40,118 nt of DNA. It comes from Stramenopiles sp. TOSAG23-2 (taxonomy: Eukaryota). Numbering within the stretch: position 1 is the stretch's first letter; the number at the start of each line of letters is the position of its first letter. Below, piece by piece: positions 23,401-34,220 of this stretch. The position numbers and the translations under genes are program-made. Location of the stretch: the NCBI GenBank assembly GCA_900128395.1, contig LT649310.1, positions 1 through 40,118 of the forward strand, read 5' to 3'. Under the pieces are notes generated by a model that worked only from the letters and a program-made list of their open reading frames with translations, was not told where the DNA came from and searched no databases.

Positions 23401-26400
23401 TGTGGCGTCTAACTGACCAACATCAACGCGATGTTGATCCCTCAATTTCGCATAGGATTTTTTTAGATCAGCAAGTTGCTTTGATAAGTTTAGGACCTCC
23501 CCTTCAAGAGCAATTTTTGCATCCCGTAACATGGATTCTCGTTGCACCGTTTTTGAATTTTCTTCTCTTGTTCGCGCTAATTGATCTTCTAACTCCAAAT
23601 TATGTTGGCGTTGCTGGTCGTCCATTTGTTGTTCTGCTTGTGACAACGCTGTTTCAAGGTCTTCTTTACATCTCGTTTCCGATTGCAATTGGCTTTTTAA
23701 ATATTCAATCTCATGTTGTAATTTTCTCATTCCTGTCTCAGCAGTTGTCCTAAATGCAGCTTCTGCTGAATTTTTTGACATGGATTCTTTTGCCTGGTAT
23801 TTCATGGAAGATATCTCATTGACATAGTGCGCTACGCGGTCCTGCAAACCATCCCGCTCTTTTGTAAGTGCTTGCTTTGCACGACTAAGACTTTCCGTTT
23901 GCTTTCTTGCTAATGATAAATCTTTTACCATTTCGCCTAAATTTTTTTGCAGCGATTGAACCTTATCTTCTAACCTTCTCACTTCCTCTTGTGGAATGAG
24001 CAATTCTTGGTGAAATCTGTCTTCTAGTTCGCGTATGGAATTGCGCTTGGACTCCTCCGCTTCGTTCAAAGCAGTTTCCCATCTTTCTTTTGATGTATAA
24101 TATTTTTCATTTGCTTGTTGGATTCCAGTTTCCAGCTCTGCCCGGCATTGAATTTCTGACGTTAATTGAGCTCGAAGAAAATCCACTTCATTATTGAGCT
24201 GACGAATCTTCGCTTCAGAAGTTGCTTTCATAGCAGACAGTTGAGAAGCTTGTTGGTTCTCTGAACTACCTTGTGATCCATCATTCATGCTTTGTACGGC
24301 TTTCAAACTTTGTTGTAACACAGCACTTTCCTCTTCCAAACGTTGCTTCTCATTTTGGGCGATATCCAACCTTCTATTCAATTCCTCTTCTCGTTTTTTT
24401 GATATTGAAACATCTTTGACCATCACACACATTTGAGATTGAAGCTCTTGTACGCGATCCTCCATTTCTTGCATTGTGCGTCGATCCTCATTGCTTTGCT
24501 TTTGGAATTCCTCTTCGCGTTCGAGCATTTCTAGTCGGTGTTTAGTAGTATGCTCTGCTATTTGAGAAGTGTTTTCAATTTGTTGAGCCGCAAGCTTTTT
24601 GTTCAATTCGTCTACCGTACGTATAAGCGCTTTTGCCGTTGGTGACCCGTGACCATTGTCACTAGTGCCTGGACGAAGGGATAATTCTCGATGCATCCGT
24701 TCTTCAGTAGCTAAAACTTCCCGTCGAACATGTTCATCTTTTTCTCTCATTGCCCGAGCAAAATCTCGCTGTGTGTTTGCGAGTTTTTTTGCCAATTCGC
24801 GAGCTCGATTGGATTCTCGATCAGCTGCTTTGGACTCGGAATCTAAGCGTATCTTTAGCTGTTTCGCAGTGGCCTCTGCTTCCATTAATTGCTCTGATAG
24901 CTGTGAGCATCTTTCATCAGATTCTTTACATTGCTCATTTACAGTCTCAAGTGCGCGACGAAGGCGTCCTACCATTTCCGTTTCATGTTCTTTTCCCTTC
25001 GTTTGCTCTTTGTGTGCTGCTTTACGAAGGCTTTGTAATCTTTCTGTCAACCTCTCATTCACTGTTGACTCTGCACTTAAACGTGCTTGTAACTTATCAA
25101 CTTTAACTTTCATTTCCATTAAATCATTTTCCAAGGCGGCATTGCGTAAATTGCTTTCATTGACAGCTGCTTGGCTTTGTCTAGCAATAAAATTAGCCTC
25201 AATAGACGACATCGAAGGTTTCAATAGAGTATCATTTTGAGCCTCTAAAGCAGGAGCTTCTAAAAAGGCACCTGGGCGATAATTTGCTGGCAGCGTATCG
25301 ACATTTGTTGCGGTGCTTTCCCCATTATTGTTTTCAAAAAAGCTTTCATCTCGATTGTTTTCCAATACTGACATAGATGATGACTTAGCTACACCACCGC
25401 TACCGCTACCATTTCCTTTCTTCCTTTGTCTAGATATTTTATTCCGTCCACCTTTGCCCCTCGACCCAGGAAAGCCGGGTCTCTCCGGTTCACTTTCTCG
25501 TAGAGTCCGCCCTTCCATAGCTTTTGCTTTAGCTTTTATTGCTGCTAATTTATCTACTTTGCCATCATCATATTCCCCACGACGAGCAGATGATTTACCA
25601 TTACTATGTTTTCCTTCACGGCGATTTCGAGAAGCACTTTGTGGGTAGTTATTATCTTTTTTATTCTTATCATTGGTTGTTATTTTACTATTATTATTAT
25701 TTAATTTCATTTCAGCACTAACTGGCCGCTTCCCTTCCTCCTTTGCCTTTCGTTCACGTTCACGCTTCATAGCTAATAAACGTACTGATGTTCCGTTTCC
25801 TACATTTGTTTTAACGAGTTGGTCATCGTTCAATAATTTTGCATTTTCATTATTATTATCTGGGGAATCTTTCCTGGGCTCGATTGATAGACGATGAAAA
25901 CCAGCTAACCACAGCATCCCGTTTTTATCTGCTACAAAATTTCCTGCTAATTGTTTCACACGAACTCTACCCGTTTCTTCAATAAATTTAACTGTATCAA
26001 CGAGTGTTTTCTCCAATTCCTCATTCACAACCGTCGAGTCCGATGGTATTAAATTTTCCTTACCACTTTTTCGATCAGACTTTACAAACCCTTTTGTGCT
26101 TAAGTTTACCGGTTTGCCAGGAGCACCTTCTAAGTATCTGTACTCTGTCCTAAATTTGCTGGGGGTATCGCTTTTTCGGGAAGGCATAGAGGCTTGAAGA
26201 GCAGCAACACCATGTAATGAACGGCCATCGGAAGACGTCGTTAATAACTCTTCAAAACTCTCTTTATCCAATTCCATTTTTGACCCATCAGTCGTATAAA
26301 CTACAGCAACTTTTGGTGGCACGTGATTTCCATTTTTATCAACTTCTATATTTTCCGGTTGGACTGCGTCCGACAGGCGTAAAAACCTATCGCGGACACT

Positions 26401-26658
26401 TCTGAGGGTTAAATTATGGTCTTTTTTCTTTGAAACCTGCACATGTTTGTTTGTAAAAAGCCATCTATACGGTTTAGCATCTTTGAATAAAACTGTATCT
26501 AGAACTTTTACACTGCATCTATTTCGTGCACTATCTGCCCATAAAAGCCTCAAATCATTAATGGAAGCACGTTTGGTATTAGGTGTCGATGGATGTGGTT
26601 GCATTCTGTTACCAGTTTGTTTTGCGGTGTTTAACGACATATTAGAACCTTTTGCCAT
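20461..26658 (-). CDS. 2065-aa giant coiled-coil protein with an N-terminal globular domain (cytoskeletal or basal-body candidate)
   Basis: 6.2-kb intronless ORF. Roughly the last 1550 aa are E/K/Q/A/R/L-rich heptads; the first ~260 aa look alpha/beta. Confidence 0.9.
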   Translation of the reverse strand: MAKGSNMSLNTAKQTGNRMQPHPSTPNTKRASINDLRLLWADSARNRCSVKVLDTVLFKDAKPYRWLFTNKHVQVSKKKDHNLTLRSVRDRFLRLSDAVQPENIEVDKNGNHVPPKVAVVYTTDGSKMELDKESFEELLTTSSDGRSLHGVAALQASMPSRKSDTPSKFRTEYRYLEGAPGKPVNLSTKGFVKSDRKSGKENLIPSDSTVVNEELEKTLVDTVKFIEETGRVRVKQLAGNFVADKNGMLWLAGFHRLSIEPRKDSPDNNNENAKLLNDDQLVKTNVGNGTSVRLLAMKRERERKAKEEGKRPVSAEMKLNNNNSKITTNDKNKKDNNYPQSASRNRREGKHSNGKSSARRGEYDDGKVDKLAAIKAKAKAMEGRTLRESEPERPGFPGSRGKGGRNKISRQRKKGNGSGSGGVAKSSSMSVLENNRDESFFENNNGESTATNVDTLPANYRPGAFLEAPALEAQNDTLLKPSMSSIEANFIARQSQAAVNESNLRNAALENDLMEMKVKVDKLQARLSAESTVNERLTERLQSLRKAAHKEQTKGKEHETEMVGRLRRALETVNEQCKESDERCSQLSEQLMEAEATAKQLKIRLDSESKAADRESNRARELAKKLANTQRDFARAMREKDEHVRREVLATEERMHRELSLRPGTSDNGHGSPTAKALIRTVDELNKKLAAQQIENTSQIAEHTTKHRLEMLEREEEFQKQSNEDRRTMQEMEDRVQELQSQMCVMVKDVSISKKREEELNRRLDIAQNEKQRLEEESAVLQQSLKAVQSMNDGSQGSSENQQASQLSAMKATSEAKIRQLNNEVDFLRAQLTSEIQCRAELETGIQQANEKYYTSKERWETALNEAEESKRNSIRELEDRFHQELLIPQEEVRRLEDKVQSLQKNLGEMVKDLSLARKQTESLSRAKQALTKERDGLQDRVAHYVNEISSMKYQAKESMSKNSAEAAFRTTAETGMRKLQHEIEYLKSQLQSETRCKEDLETALSQAEQQMDDQQRQHNLELEDQLARTREENSKTVQRESMLRDAKIALEGEVLNLSKQLADLKKSYAKLRDQHRVDVGQLDATKQSASRLEVALQTARSTLKREKASAESAQKRHERAMAAIQQTVKEMSDAKNAAIASAEEQIKSNMAKVSATQREMLRLKDNMKFEKRQHQKLIASERMTNSLQKWLYNRAKNMLDKWKEATLIQRVSDMKTEEFNKTLEEERIKAKHDKDRTCELLLEEYRLNKDGAISALKEMEDRRRLENANMAMEDTRAHRMRENNRRRLALEKAADEHAENVHNINNNHANEVETLHDEFKAASEKAHQIAENEKYVAIQATEAEAARQQEAALELASKVAEEARNKQAEEAAAKLREAVATAESALKAMHNDETNRTKLEHAKEMQRASDRLNQTIREMEEKKDEALALAADQATKAQKHALEVLSLQKQKELELAIAQQVAARHAEINDLKKANEAEKEEALKKAALSFEEQLAAQRYKSKERLESELAKATAEREAMLEELRQKADKIKTAALQYQTSKWQSTLKECMAEAEKDKAKLRAEMMREKAHAVQEEHEAGNLRLENAGKEANRVQKEALEKAAAEADMRLEASLKDLDARKQAALEGALDRARTHAENQLKQKQLDHEEVLRQRDRATEEALDGAAKLAETRQRNAVEQAEAKAAAERDAALRRAVAESKRRADTVRSECLKEQERVVAKLVNDHNTTMTNAAEAARAEKEKALKDLADRARRELDHAVQMLEKQREKQVGRLTDALQKTEKEKQEALEDLEHTREQLEEAEDQAYDLKNQLTGTRRVGVMQRLYLISSKIQEAQNKKKALADARREADARVKELTRAKEKQLTLLRDKNRLLDAEVRLHEETRAAMHDTLVNHKRAMLMEHKVQSTVLQKDLAALIEQKEEVDKQRNALLKENARLEGTVKEIERQIHEMSKQSAIQDGRINVAHAKKKRRLDQEFERVLERVQEKRDHLARVEKKLQQLDDARQDKEDEMKELERNLVQLLVEQQKKLLSVLQTSKASTKRNAQQAASLESEMSKEKMKMLED

Positions 26659-27777
26659 GTATCTCTCTCTGTATAATATAGTAGTAGAATACGCACACAG
26701 AAAATAAAGTTGATAGTATTAACAAAATGTGTGAAAATGACACAAATGAAAGTTTTATAAACAGAAACAACGACAAATGTTCCAAAAACAAACAAAAAAT
26801 GAAAACAAGTTTTATATAGTCAAACACGTTTAGTAATTTATATATTATATTGCTTTGTAACAGGGTTTTGCTAAATATTATTGATTGTAAATATCTATTA
26901 AATGTATTATGTATCTCCGTCTATATCTGTCTGTGTACAGTATCATATAATAATATATATTCTAACAGTAACAGTTGGGATATTATTATATATTCTGATA
27001 TTTCAGTCATGTTTTTACCATGGAGATATGATGGAAATAGCAAAAAAGAGAAGAGAAAAACGTTAGATAAAATAATAGATGATGATGATTTCTTTCATGC
27101 ACACACATCATTTCATTTTAATTAACATTTTTTTGCACATTTTTTTTTTTTACCAACTACTACTATAGCCAGGCTAGCTATGCTACGAGGATCTCGTACT
27201 ATAGTGTACACTCCTCGTATAGATCTTTGATTTGTTGTTAGAATACTATAATTTATAAATAATCTCCTCCTATTATAGTATAGTACTTTAACTTTTTATC
27301 ACACTGCACACACTGCCACACTGGACATTTTAATTTAATTTAGTGCTTTACTGGAAATTAATTAAAATAGTATGCTGGTATGCTGGTATGCTGGTAGACA
27401 CTATGTGTACGTATGCTTATGTACGTATGCTGATTGCTGATGCCATTTATTGAATTTATAGCCTATCTTGGCTATGTATATGTATCAGTAGTGTACGCGG
27501 ACTCGTACTGTAAAATGTAGCTAGCTCTAGCCAGGCAATCCAGCAATCCCCTTATTATATTTTGTATTGTTTTATACACTTAGAACATTGAAGAACACCG
27601 TATTAATATATCTCTTTCGTTTCTTTTTTTCATTAAAACAATTTATAAATATATGCATATATATATATATATTCGAAGTACATATTTCTCATGTATAAAC
27701 ATATGAATATATACAGCGCGCTACGCTAATTTTTTTATTTTTATAATTTTAAAATGTAAAAAAAATATTTTGTCTTT

Positions 27778-28254
27778 CTATAAACCTAATTCTTCAGCCC
27801 ATTCTTCTTCTAATTCATTTACAGCATCATCCTCAACGATATTATCATAAATCACTTTTAAAAGCAACGAACAGCTATTGCATGATAATATTTGTACTCC
27901 GTCCAGTAAATCTTCGTATTCTATCTCATAACAATCGCCACACCTACATGAAAAGCTATATATTTCCTCATTTTCATCATAATCAAATTCAGTCAAAGGT
28001 ATTTCCGATGCTACAATCCCTTTGAATGCTTTAATATCACTAGCAAGCTTCTCTGCATCATACTTGCGACGTAACTCCGCATCTCTTAAAACAGCCCATG
28101 CATCTTGAATCTTTTGAAAAATATTCTTGTTCCCACCTTTATCTGGATGATGTTGAATAATTAGATTTCGATATGCATCTTTAATTTCGCTAAAACTTGC
28201 GTTTGTTTCTACTCCCATAATGTTATAAAACGTAATATTTTCATTTTGTTCCAT
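27778..28254 (-). CDS. DPH4: Diphthamide biosynthesis protein 4 (DnaJ + CSL zinc finger; DNAJC24)
   Basis: J-domain with HPD followed by CRCG...CNSCSL. Confidence 0.95.
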   Translation of the reverse strand: MEQNENITFYNIMGVETNASFSEIKDAYRNLIIQHHPDKGGNKNIFQKIQDAWAVLRDAELRRKYDAEKLASDIKAFKGIVASEIPLTEFDYDENEEIYSFSCRCGDCYEIEYEDLLDGVQILSCNSCSLLLKVIYDNIVEDDAVNELEEEWAEELGL

Positions 28255-29091
28255 AATATTAATACTATATATATAGAGAGAGTATTATTATTAGTATTAT
28301 TATTTAACAATTATTCTTATATTCTATTCTATTTTTCTTTTACATTTTCATTTTATTTTGCTTTTCTCACTTTCTGTTGTCTTTCCTTTTCATATATTAT
28401 CTTTATATTATAAATTTTTATATATATATATATATATACCTTGTATTGTATTTATTATGAATATTTAAATGTAATATTTATTAGTATGATGTATAATGGT
28501 GTACATCCCGATGTATAATATAAGCTACAAACACAAGTATGTATTATATAGCAGCAACAGCACGAGAATCTAGAACTACTGTAGATTTACAACCAAGATT
28601 GTTGTTTTTAAGGGGGTTGCTATGCCTTATTATTAAGGTGTAGTCGCTCAAACTCTGTTATTTTAAATGTTGGTCAATAGTACTATCATCAATAAATCGA
28701 ATAAACTATCGCGCAGCTAGTTATCGATCTATTTATTTTTTTTTATAGATCTACTATTAGAACTATACATCTACATACATTTTTATTATTATTATTAATT
28801 ATTATTGTGCTATTATTCTAGAATTATTATATACGATAATTATTAGTTATTAAATTATGCACAATTCTAGAACAATATATATATGTAATATATAATTGTA
28901 TACATAAAGAGCGAGTTAAGATATATATAGAGATTAAAGTTGTAAATTATATTGCCATTTTGTTTTTTAGTGATTTTTTTGTATAATCTTGTTTTATCTA
29001 ATATATATTATATACATACATATATATATATATATAAATATTTTAGTCGGCTGTTGTTAAAATATCATCGTAGTTAAAAAAAAAAAGAAAT

Positions 29092-29799
29092 ATGGAAATT
29101 GTGACACAAGAAGTGCCTTTATGTCAAGTTTGTAATCATAATCATCACCCGACTCAAAAGTGTCCAATATGTGGGCATCTGGGAGGAGTCAAGGTGCATC
29201 GGGGCCCAGCATCTAGTACGTTACACTTTAAAACAACTCGTTATCCTGGTAAATTAACTGGTAGAAAAGGAAGGACATTCACTAAAAACTATATAATTGT
29301 AAAAATGCTTCGTTACAAAATAAAAAACAATATAGATTTTTCAAGTTGTAATAAAAAACATCGACATGACAATAATAACAATGTACAGACAGGCAATAAT
29401 AACAATGTACAGACAGGCAATAATAATAGGATTAAATATGACGTATCTCAAGAAGAAGAACAAAAAGATCAACAAGGCATTCATATTATAGGTTTGATTG
29501 GTAGCGCGCCAGTTACGGTATTATCGATGTTTCCAGCTGATCAAGGATATGTCCTATTGGAAAATGTAGGGATTTTACCATCTCATCAACGTAAGGGATA
29601 TAGTAAAAAAATGATTGAGCAAGCAATTAAAGCAGTAAAAAAAGTGAATCCAAATACAGTCGGTTTCATGCTTGATTGTCCAGCTAAACGTGATATTTTT
29701 GAAATTTTTAAAAAACTTGGTTTTCATCCACTAGCTGAAGGTGCCCAAAGATTTAATAGTAATAATGAACAAGTATGTCGAATGGTAATGAATTTTTAA
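29092..29799 (+). CDS. GNAT-family acetyltransferase with an N-terminal Cys/His zinc-binding motif
   Basis: CQVCNHNH...CPICGH at the N-terminus; motif A VGILPSHQRKGYSK and a C-terminal FKKLGF. Internal 24-bp duplication (NNNNVQTG x2). Confidence 0.82.
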   Translation: MEIVTQEVPLCQVCNHNHHPTQKCPICGHLGGVKVHRGPASSTLHFKTTRYPGKLTGRKGRTFTKNYIIVKMLRYKIKNNIDFSSCNKKHRHDNNNNVQTGNNNNVQTGNNNRIKYDVSQEEEQKDQQGIHIIGLIGSAPVTVLSMFPADQGYVLLENVGILPSHQRKGYSKKMIEQAIKAVKKVNPNTVGFMLDCPAKRDIFEIFKKLGFHPLAEGAQRFNSNNEQVCRMVMNF

Positions 29800-30364
29800 A
29801 ATATTATTTTACAACTAGTAATTTATATATATAAAAAAAAAAAAGTTACCAATGATGATGTACGATATATTATATTATATATAATAAAATACGAAGTACG
29901 AACGTTTCGTATAATAGATTACTTCGTATATATTATACGAATTCTTAGTTGGAGAGTGTTTAAAAAATACGGCGAACGTATATATATCAAAAATAAATAC
30001 GAGTATCATATCATAATATACATTAATATTTGAAATATATAATAAATAATTATCATATGGTACCAGGTATGATATGATATGCATACGAAGTATTTTTTGT
30101 ACGACGAAGGATTCGTATGATATCATATCATAGCATGTTTTTATATTAAAAAATTTAATTTGAGATATATATGAAGGAGGATCTCTTTCATTTAGCTCTG
30201 AATCACAGACAGCGGAAACATCTTTTGAATACTAAATAATTTTTACTAAAATTTATAAATCATTTTTGATTTGAGATGTTAATAAACGGGAGTAAAAGAA
30301 TTTTATATAACATATATGAGTAAGAGAAAAACACATATATATGATTTAAATATTATATATGATG

Positions 30365-30697
30365 TGGTTAAAATCTAAGTTTTATAATAATTTTACTTCC
30401 CAGTGGTTAAATAATACGAGCGTATGCTCAACACTCTCAATCTCGTGAATAATTTTCAATTTTCTCAATCCTCTACTAATAGTAAAGCTCTAATGCACGT
30501 CTGCAAACTAATACTCTACAAGCATGAGTAGGTTTCTATCCTTCCCTGCGTTCTCGTTGAACGCGCTGGACGTCGGGTTCATTCGAAAACGGTAAGGCTG
30601 TCAAAGTGAAAGATCCTGCTGTGAACAACAACTGGTAATTATCCGGATAAAGATCTCGAAGTGCACGATTTTGGCAAAAAGCCGCGGATTTGATCAC
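30365..30697. repeat. Dispersed repeat family X, long copy
   Basis: Colinear with 36418-36744 from tggttaaaatctaagtt to gcaaaaagccgcgg..atcac, with scattered substitutions and small indels. Confidence 0.95.
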
Positions 30698-30782
30698 CTT
30701 AACTTGTAAATCTCTACAAGTTTCGTTTATTATCTCTCTCATATAATATATATATATGCATATAATGAATATATATGGTATT

Positions 30783-32249
30783 TCAATGAAATATTTTGAT
30801 TTTTTTTTTCAGTAATACAGAATCAAATGCCTTCATAATTTTATTATGATTGAGTACGTTTGTTTCTTTTCTCGGTGTACCTTTACTAGAGCTTTTACTA
30901 TTTTTACTTGTTTGTTTATCTCGCTTACTTTTGTTATTCTCTGTCTTTGCATCTTTATTATTTGCATTTTTTTTATTTTTGTCTTTTTTTCCTTTTTTTT
31001 CTTTTCTATTTAACATTGCGATTTGTTTCTTTTTCCCAACAATCCAATTTTTTAAAATTTTAGTAGCTTTCATAATCCCTTTAAACTTATTAGCACCAGT
31101 AGCAGATTTATCTAATGGGATATCTTTAATATTATGCCATTTAATTTTTCCTATTTCTTTCCTAGTTCGTGTTTCAAAATTAAAATTTTCTTCAACACCA
31201 ATAATTATGAATAATGTGACTTGTTTAAATTTTGTTTCATTATATTGAATGAATTCATTTGCTTTGATGAGATTAGAACAATCATAGCCAATTTCCTCTA
31301 AAACTTCGCGAGCAGCAGCTGTCTCGTGACTTTCTCCTTCATTCACTTTTCCACGTGGAAACATCCAGCTCCTGCCGTGATAACTTCTTACAAGCACGCA
31401 TTTTGTCATTTTTTGATTTAGTAAAATTGAGCCAAACACTGGTATGCGCGATAGATATTGTTTAAACGTCCGATAAAGTTCATCGTATTTCTTGTAAGAT
31501 GGTTGCAATAAGGTGCATAAACGAAAAACTTGACGACCAAATTCTTCTTGGCTTAAATGTGGAAGCGTATCATCCTTATCAGCTAAATGATCCTCATAAA
31601 ACCACCACATTTGTTCAATTTGAACGAATAACCTATCAATGGCCGTTAATTGATCAGGCGGAAGACTTAGCAAAAATCTTCCGCACAAATCGACTATTGC
31701 AGCTTCAAACGTTCTTATCGCTTCCATCGCCCTTCCATCAAAATTAAAATATAAACGTCTATCATCGTAATCGCGGGCCCTTGGAAATACTTTAAATAAA
31801 CAATCCTTCGATAACTCTGCACTGCTACAGATGACTTTTCCTGAAGATTTTACTTTAACAAAATTTCCTTTGGGATCTTGCAGAGTTAAACGACCTGATA
31901 CAATTGTCACGGTGAACCAACACCCATCTTTGCCAGCATAAACTGTTCCGTGTGGTATGCCTTTTTTATTATTTTTGGAAGCAATTTGTAAAAATGTTCC
32001 GTGAAAGGTACGTATTGCTACTATGGAGCCAGTTGTAATTGTTGGTAAAGCTGCATTATTTTGTTTTTTTCTACTAGGATCTGGTTTTTTAATAAATGAT
32101 AAAATCTCCCAAGGTCCAGGGCGACTTCGATTCATAGTGACCATTCCTTTGGTATATCCTTGCCCTTCCCCATCAACACAAAGTAAATATCCACGATAAT
32201 TTTCCAAAGTTGCTTTTATACCGGAAGTAAAAGCTCTTATATCAGACAT
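30783..32249 (-). CDS. DCP2: mRNA decapping enzyme 2 with an N-terminal fascin-like beta-trefoil region
   Basis: Box A (DLCGRFLLSLP...RLFVQIEQMWWFYED), Nudix box GKVNEGESHETAAAREVLEEIG and TRKEIGKIKW. First ATG at 32249. Confidence 0.95.
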   Translation of the reverse strand: MSDIRAFTSGIKATLENYRGYLLCVDGEGQGYTKGMVTMNRSRPGPWEILSFIKKPDPSRKKQNNAALPTITTGSIVAIRTFHGTFLQIASKNNKKGIPHGTVYAGKDGCWFTVTIVSGRLTLQDPKGNFVKVKSSGKVICSSAELSKDCLFKVFPRARDYDDRRLYFNFDGRAMEAIRTFEAAIVDLCGRFLLSLPPDQLTAIDRLFVQIEQMWWFYEDHLADKDDTLPHLSQEEFGRQVFRLCTLLQPSYKKYDELYRTFKQYLSRIPVFGSILLNQKMTKCVLVRSYHGRSWMFPRGKVNEGESHETAAAREVLEEIGYDCSNLIKANEFIQYNETKFKQVTLFIIIGVEENFNFETRTRKEIGKIKWHNIKDIPLDKSATGANKFKGIMKATKILKNWIVGKKKQIAMLNRKEKKGKKDKNKKNANNKDAKTENNKSKRDKQTSKNSKSSSKGTPRKETNVLNHNKIMKAFDSVLLKKKIKIFH

Positions 32250-32957
32250 TTGTTTTAAATTAAATAAAATAATAACGGGTAACACCAAAATATAGGATAT
32301 TAAAATATTATTTGCTTACTGTTGCGTTTTTGTTAGTTTATTCTGTCTGTTATGATAATATGTATCAATGTACAATATGTTCTTATTCTTGCACTCTTTA
32401 TCTTTGATTCAAATGTCCTGATTTTGTATTATATTATATTATTATTATTATTTATTTTTATTAATTCAATTAATTATGAATAATGTTGAATGAAGACAAA
32501 GAAGACACGCTGCAGCATAGAATATAATAAACCATGAAAAATATGAATAGATCCATAGATCCACTGATCCCCAAAAAAATAATATTTAATACCTGATTCC
32601 GATAAGGTATTAATACCAGCCGTGTAGCATAGAGATGGAAAAAAAATAGATAATTCCCGTAATTAAGGAAAATGCTGGAATATTCTCCAACACTGGTAGA
32701 GAAAGAGTCTAACGACGCAGGCTATACACTACTGGTAAATATTATCTATTCTTGGAATTATTATTCTGGTGTATTTACTGTAGCTGTACATTTTTTCTTT
32801 TTATTTTATTTATATCGTACAATTAGGATATTGCTATTATTACAGTATATTTTTAAAAATCGCTTAGTTTTATATAAGAAGAGAGTGAATGAATTCCATA
32901 CCAATTCTTTTCATACTGATGTGTACGGTATAATTCCATCGAAACCACCAATAATTC

Positions 32958-33575
32958 CTACTTTCTCTTGTAAAATCGTCCTGTCGTTAGATTCAATGTT
33001 CCATCATCGAACTTAACATTTGGATTTTTACAATTTGGACAAAATCCGCTTCGATTTAACCATTCATTTATACATTCTGTATGAAAGCGATGCTTACAAT
33101 TCAAAAAAGACAATTCTTCGCCGTCCTCAAAATCTGATAAGCAGATGGTGCAAGTGTCTCCCCCCATCGTTCCTTCTCTACATGGGTGATGGTCCAATCC
33201 AGCAAATAATAAAGTAACAGCCCTAACCCAACTGTGTAACTGATCTCTTGTTTTTACAACTAAAGTTAATGTATTACGATTTGAAGCGCAAGGAAACATA
33301 GAGGAGGAGCGTACTTGCGGGCTTGGGAAGCTGAAATTCAATGCAAATTCACCTGTACCTAGTTGCCCAAACGTTAAGCAAGCTCGTTCCATATTATATA
33401 TAGTACTAACGCGTCTTGCAAGTGGAAATTCATCTGTTGAAGGCCAACCTTTTAGTTCGAATGCATTAGTAATAGCGAAATATCGCTTGGACAGGGTTCC
33501 AGTACACCCGTGTAGAATGAATACCTCTCCGCTTTTTAAGTAAGTGACCTGTTCGCTCGTCAATACTGACGCCAT
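32958..33575 (-). CDS. RING-H2 E3 ligase with an N-terminal PH-like domain
   Basis: CTICLSDF...LNCKHRFHTECINEWL...CPNCK. The PH C-terminal signature TLTLVVKTRDQLHSWVRAV precedes it. Confidence 0.87.
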   Translation of the reverse strand: MASVLTSEQVTYLKSGEVFILHGCTGTLSKRYFAITNAFELKGWPSTDEFPLARRVSTIYNMERACLTFGQLGTGEFALNFSFPSPQVRSSSMFPCASNRNTLTLVVKTRDQLHSWVRAVTLLFAGLDHHPCREGTMGGDTCTICLSDFEDGEELSFLNCKHRFHTECINEWLNRSGFCPNCKNPNVKFDDGTLNLTTGRFYKRK

Positions 33576-34220
33576 GTGTTAGTTTACATGAATATTGTAA
33601 AATTCATTGTACAATAATTCGTTTCTGTTATTGTGTGCTTCTTTAGTGTATTACATATTATTATTATTATTATTATTATTATATTATTATTAATATTACT
33701 GCCTTATTTATTATATTACTACTCTAGTAATAATAATAAAAAAAAGCTACTTATTATTAATAGCACTTTTTGGGTGTAACTGGGAAAAGTCTGTTGAAGA
33801 AATGTTATTTTTAGCCAGCTAGGTATAGGTCTACGAGTCCTCGTACATAGTAGAATAGGTAAATAGTAAAAAGACTGGGAGAAAAACAACGAGCAGCAGC
33901 GCGGCCGAACTAGCTATTACAGTATTATATTATACTGTACTACCAGGTATTATCATTATTATTAAAAAAAAAAAGTAGTTGTTATAATAATACATGTAAA
34001 CATATATCCACCACAGTTTATCAGTCAAACGCACACTTTTTATATACAACAACGAAGGGATTTCTGAATTGTGCAGGATACATGCAACATATAGTTTCAT
34101 AGATATACAAATACGAATAGCATAATTCAAAATAATTAGATATTTAATGACTTTCATAAACTTATAATGCAAAATAAAGCCAATTATTAATAAACAAAAG
34201 ATAAAAAAAAAAGAATACTT

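Noticed and set aside
24656-25897. Antisense ORFs over the coiled-coil gene, and similar ones over other CDSs
   Set aside because: Shadow frames arising from the codon bias of the real gene on the opposite strand.
30500-30697. Repeat X as U2 snRNA, a tRNA-derived SINE or a SECIS element
   Set aside because: ggctttttgcc only loosely recalls U2 stem I and no GUAGUA follows. gggttcattc is a poor B box with no A box. AUGA/AA/GA spacing is wrong, the stems are not conserved between copies, and adjacent genes have no in-frame UGA.
30536-30742. 68-aa and 72-aa ORFs (also 36526-36744) inside repeat family X
   Set aside because: The frame is not conserved between copies (indels and stops) and there is no recognisable motif. 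The RNLL segment is not a convincing TnpB/Fanzor RuvC-III.
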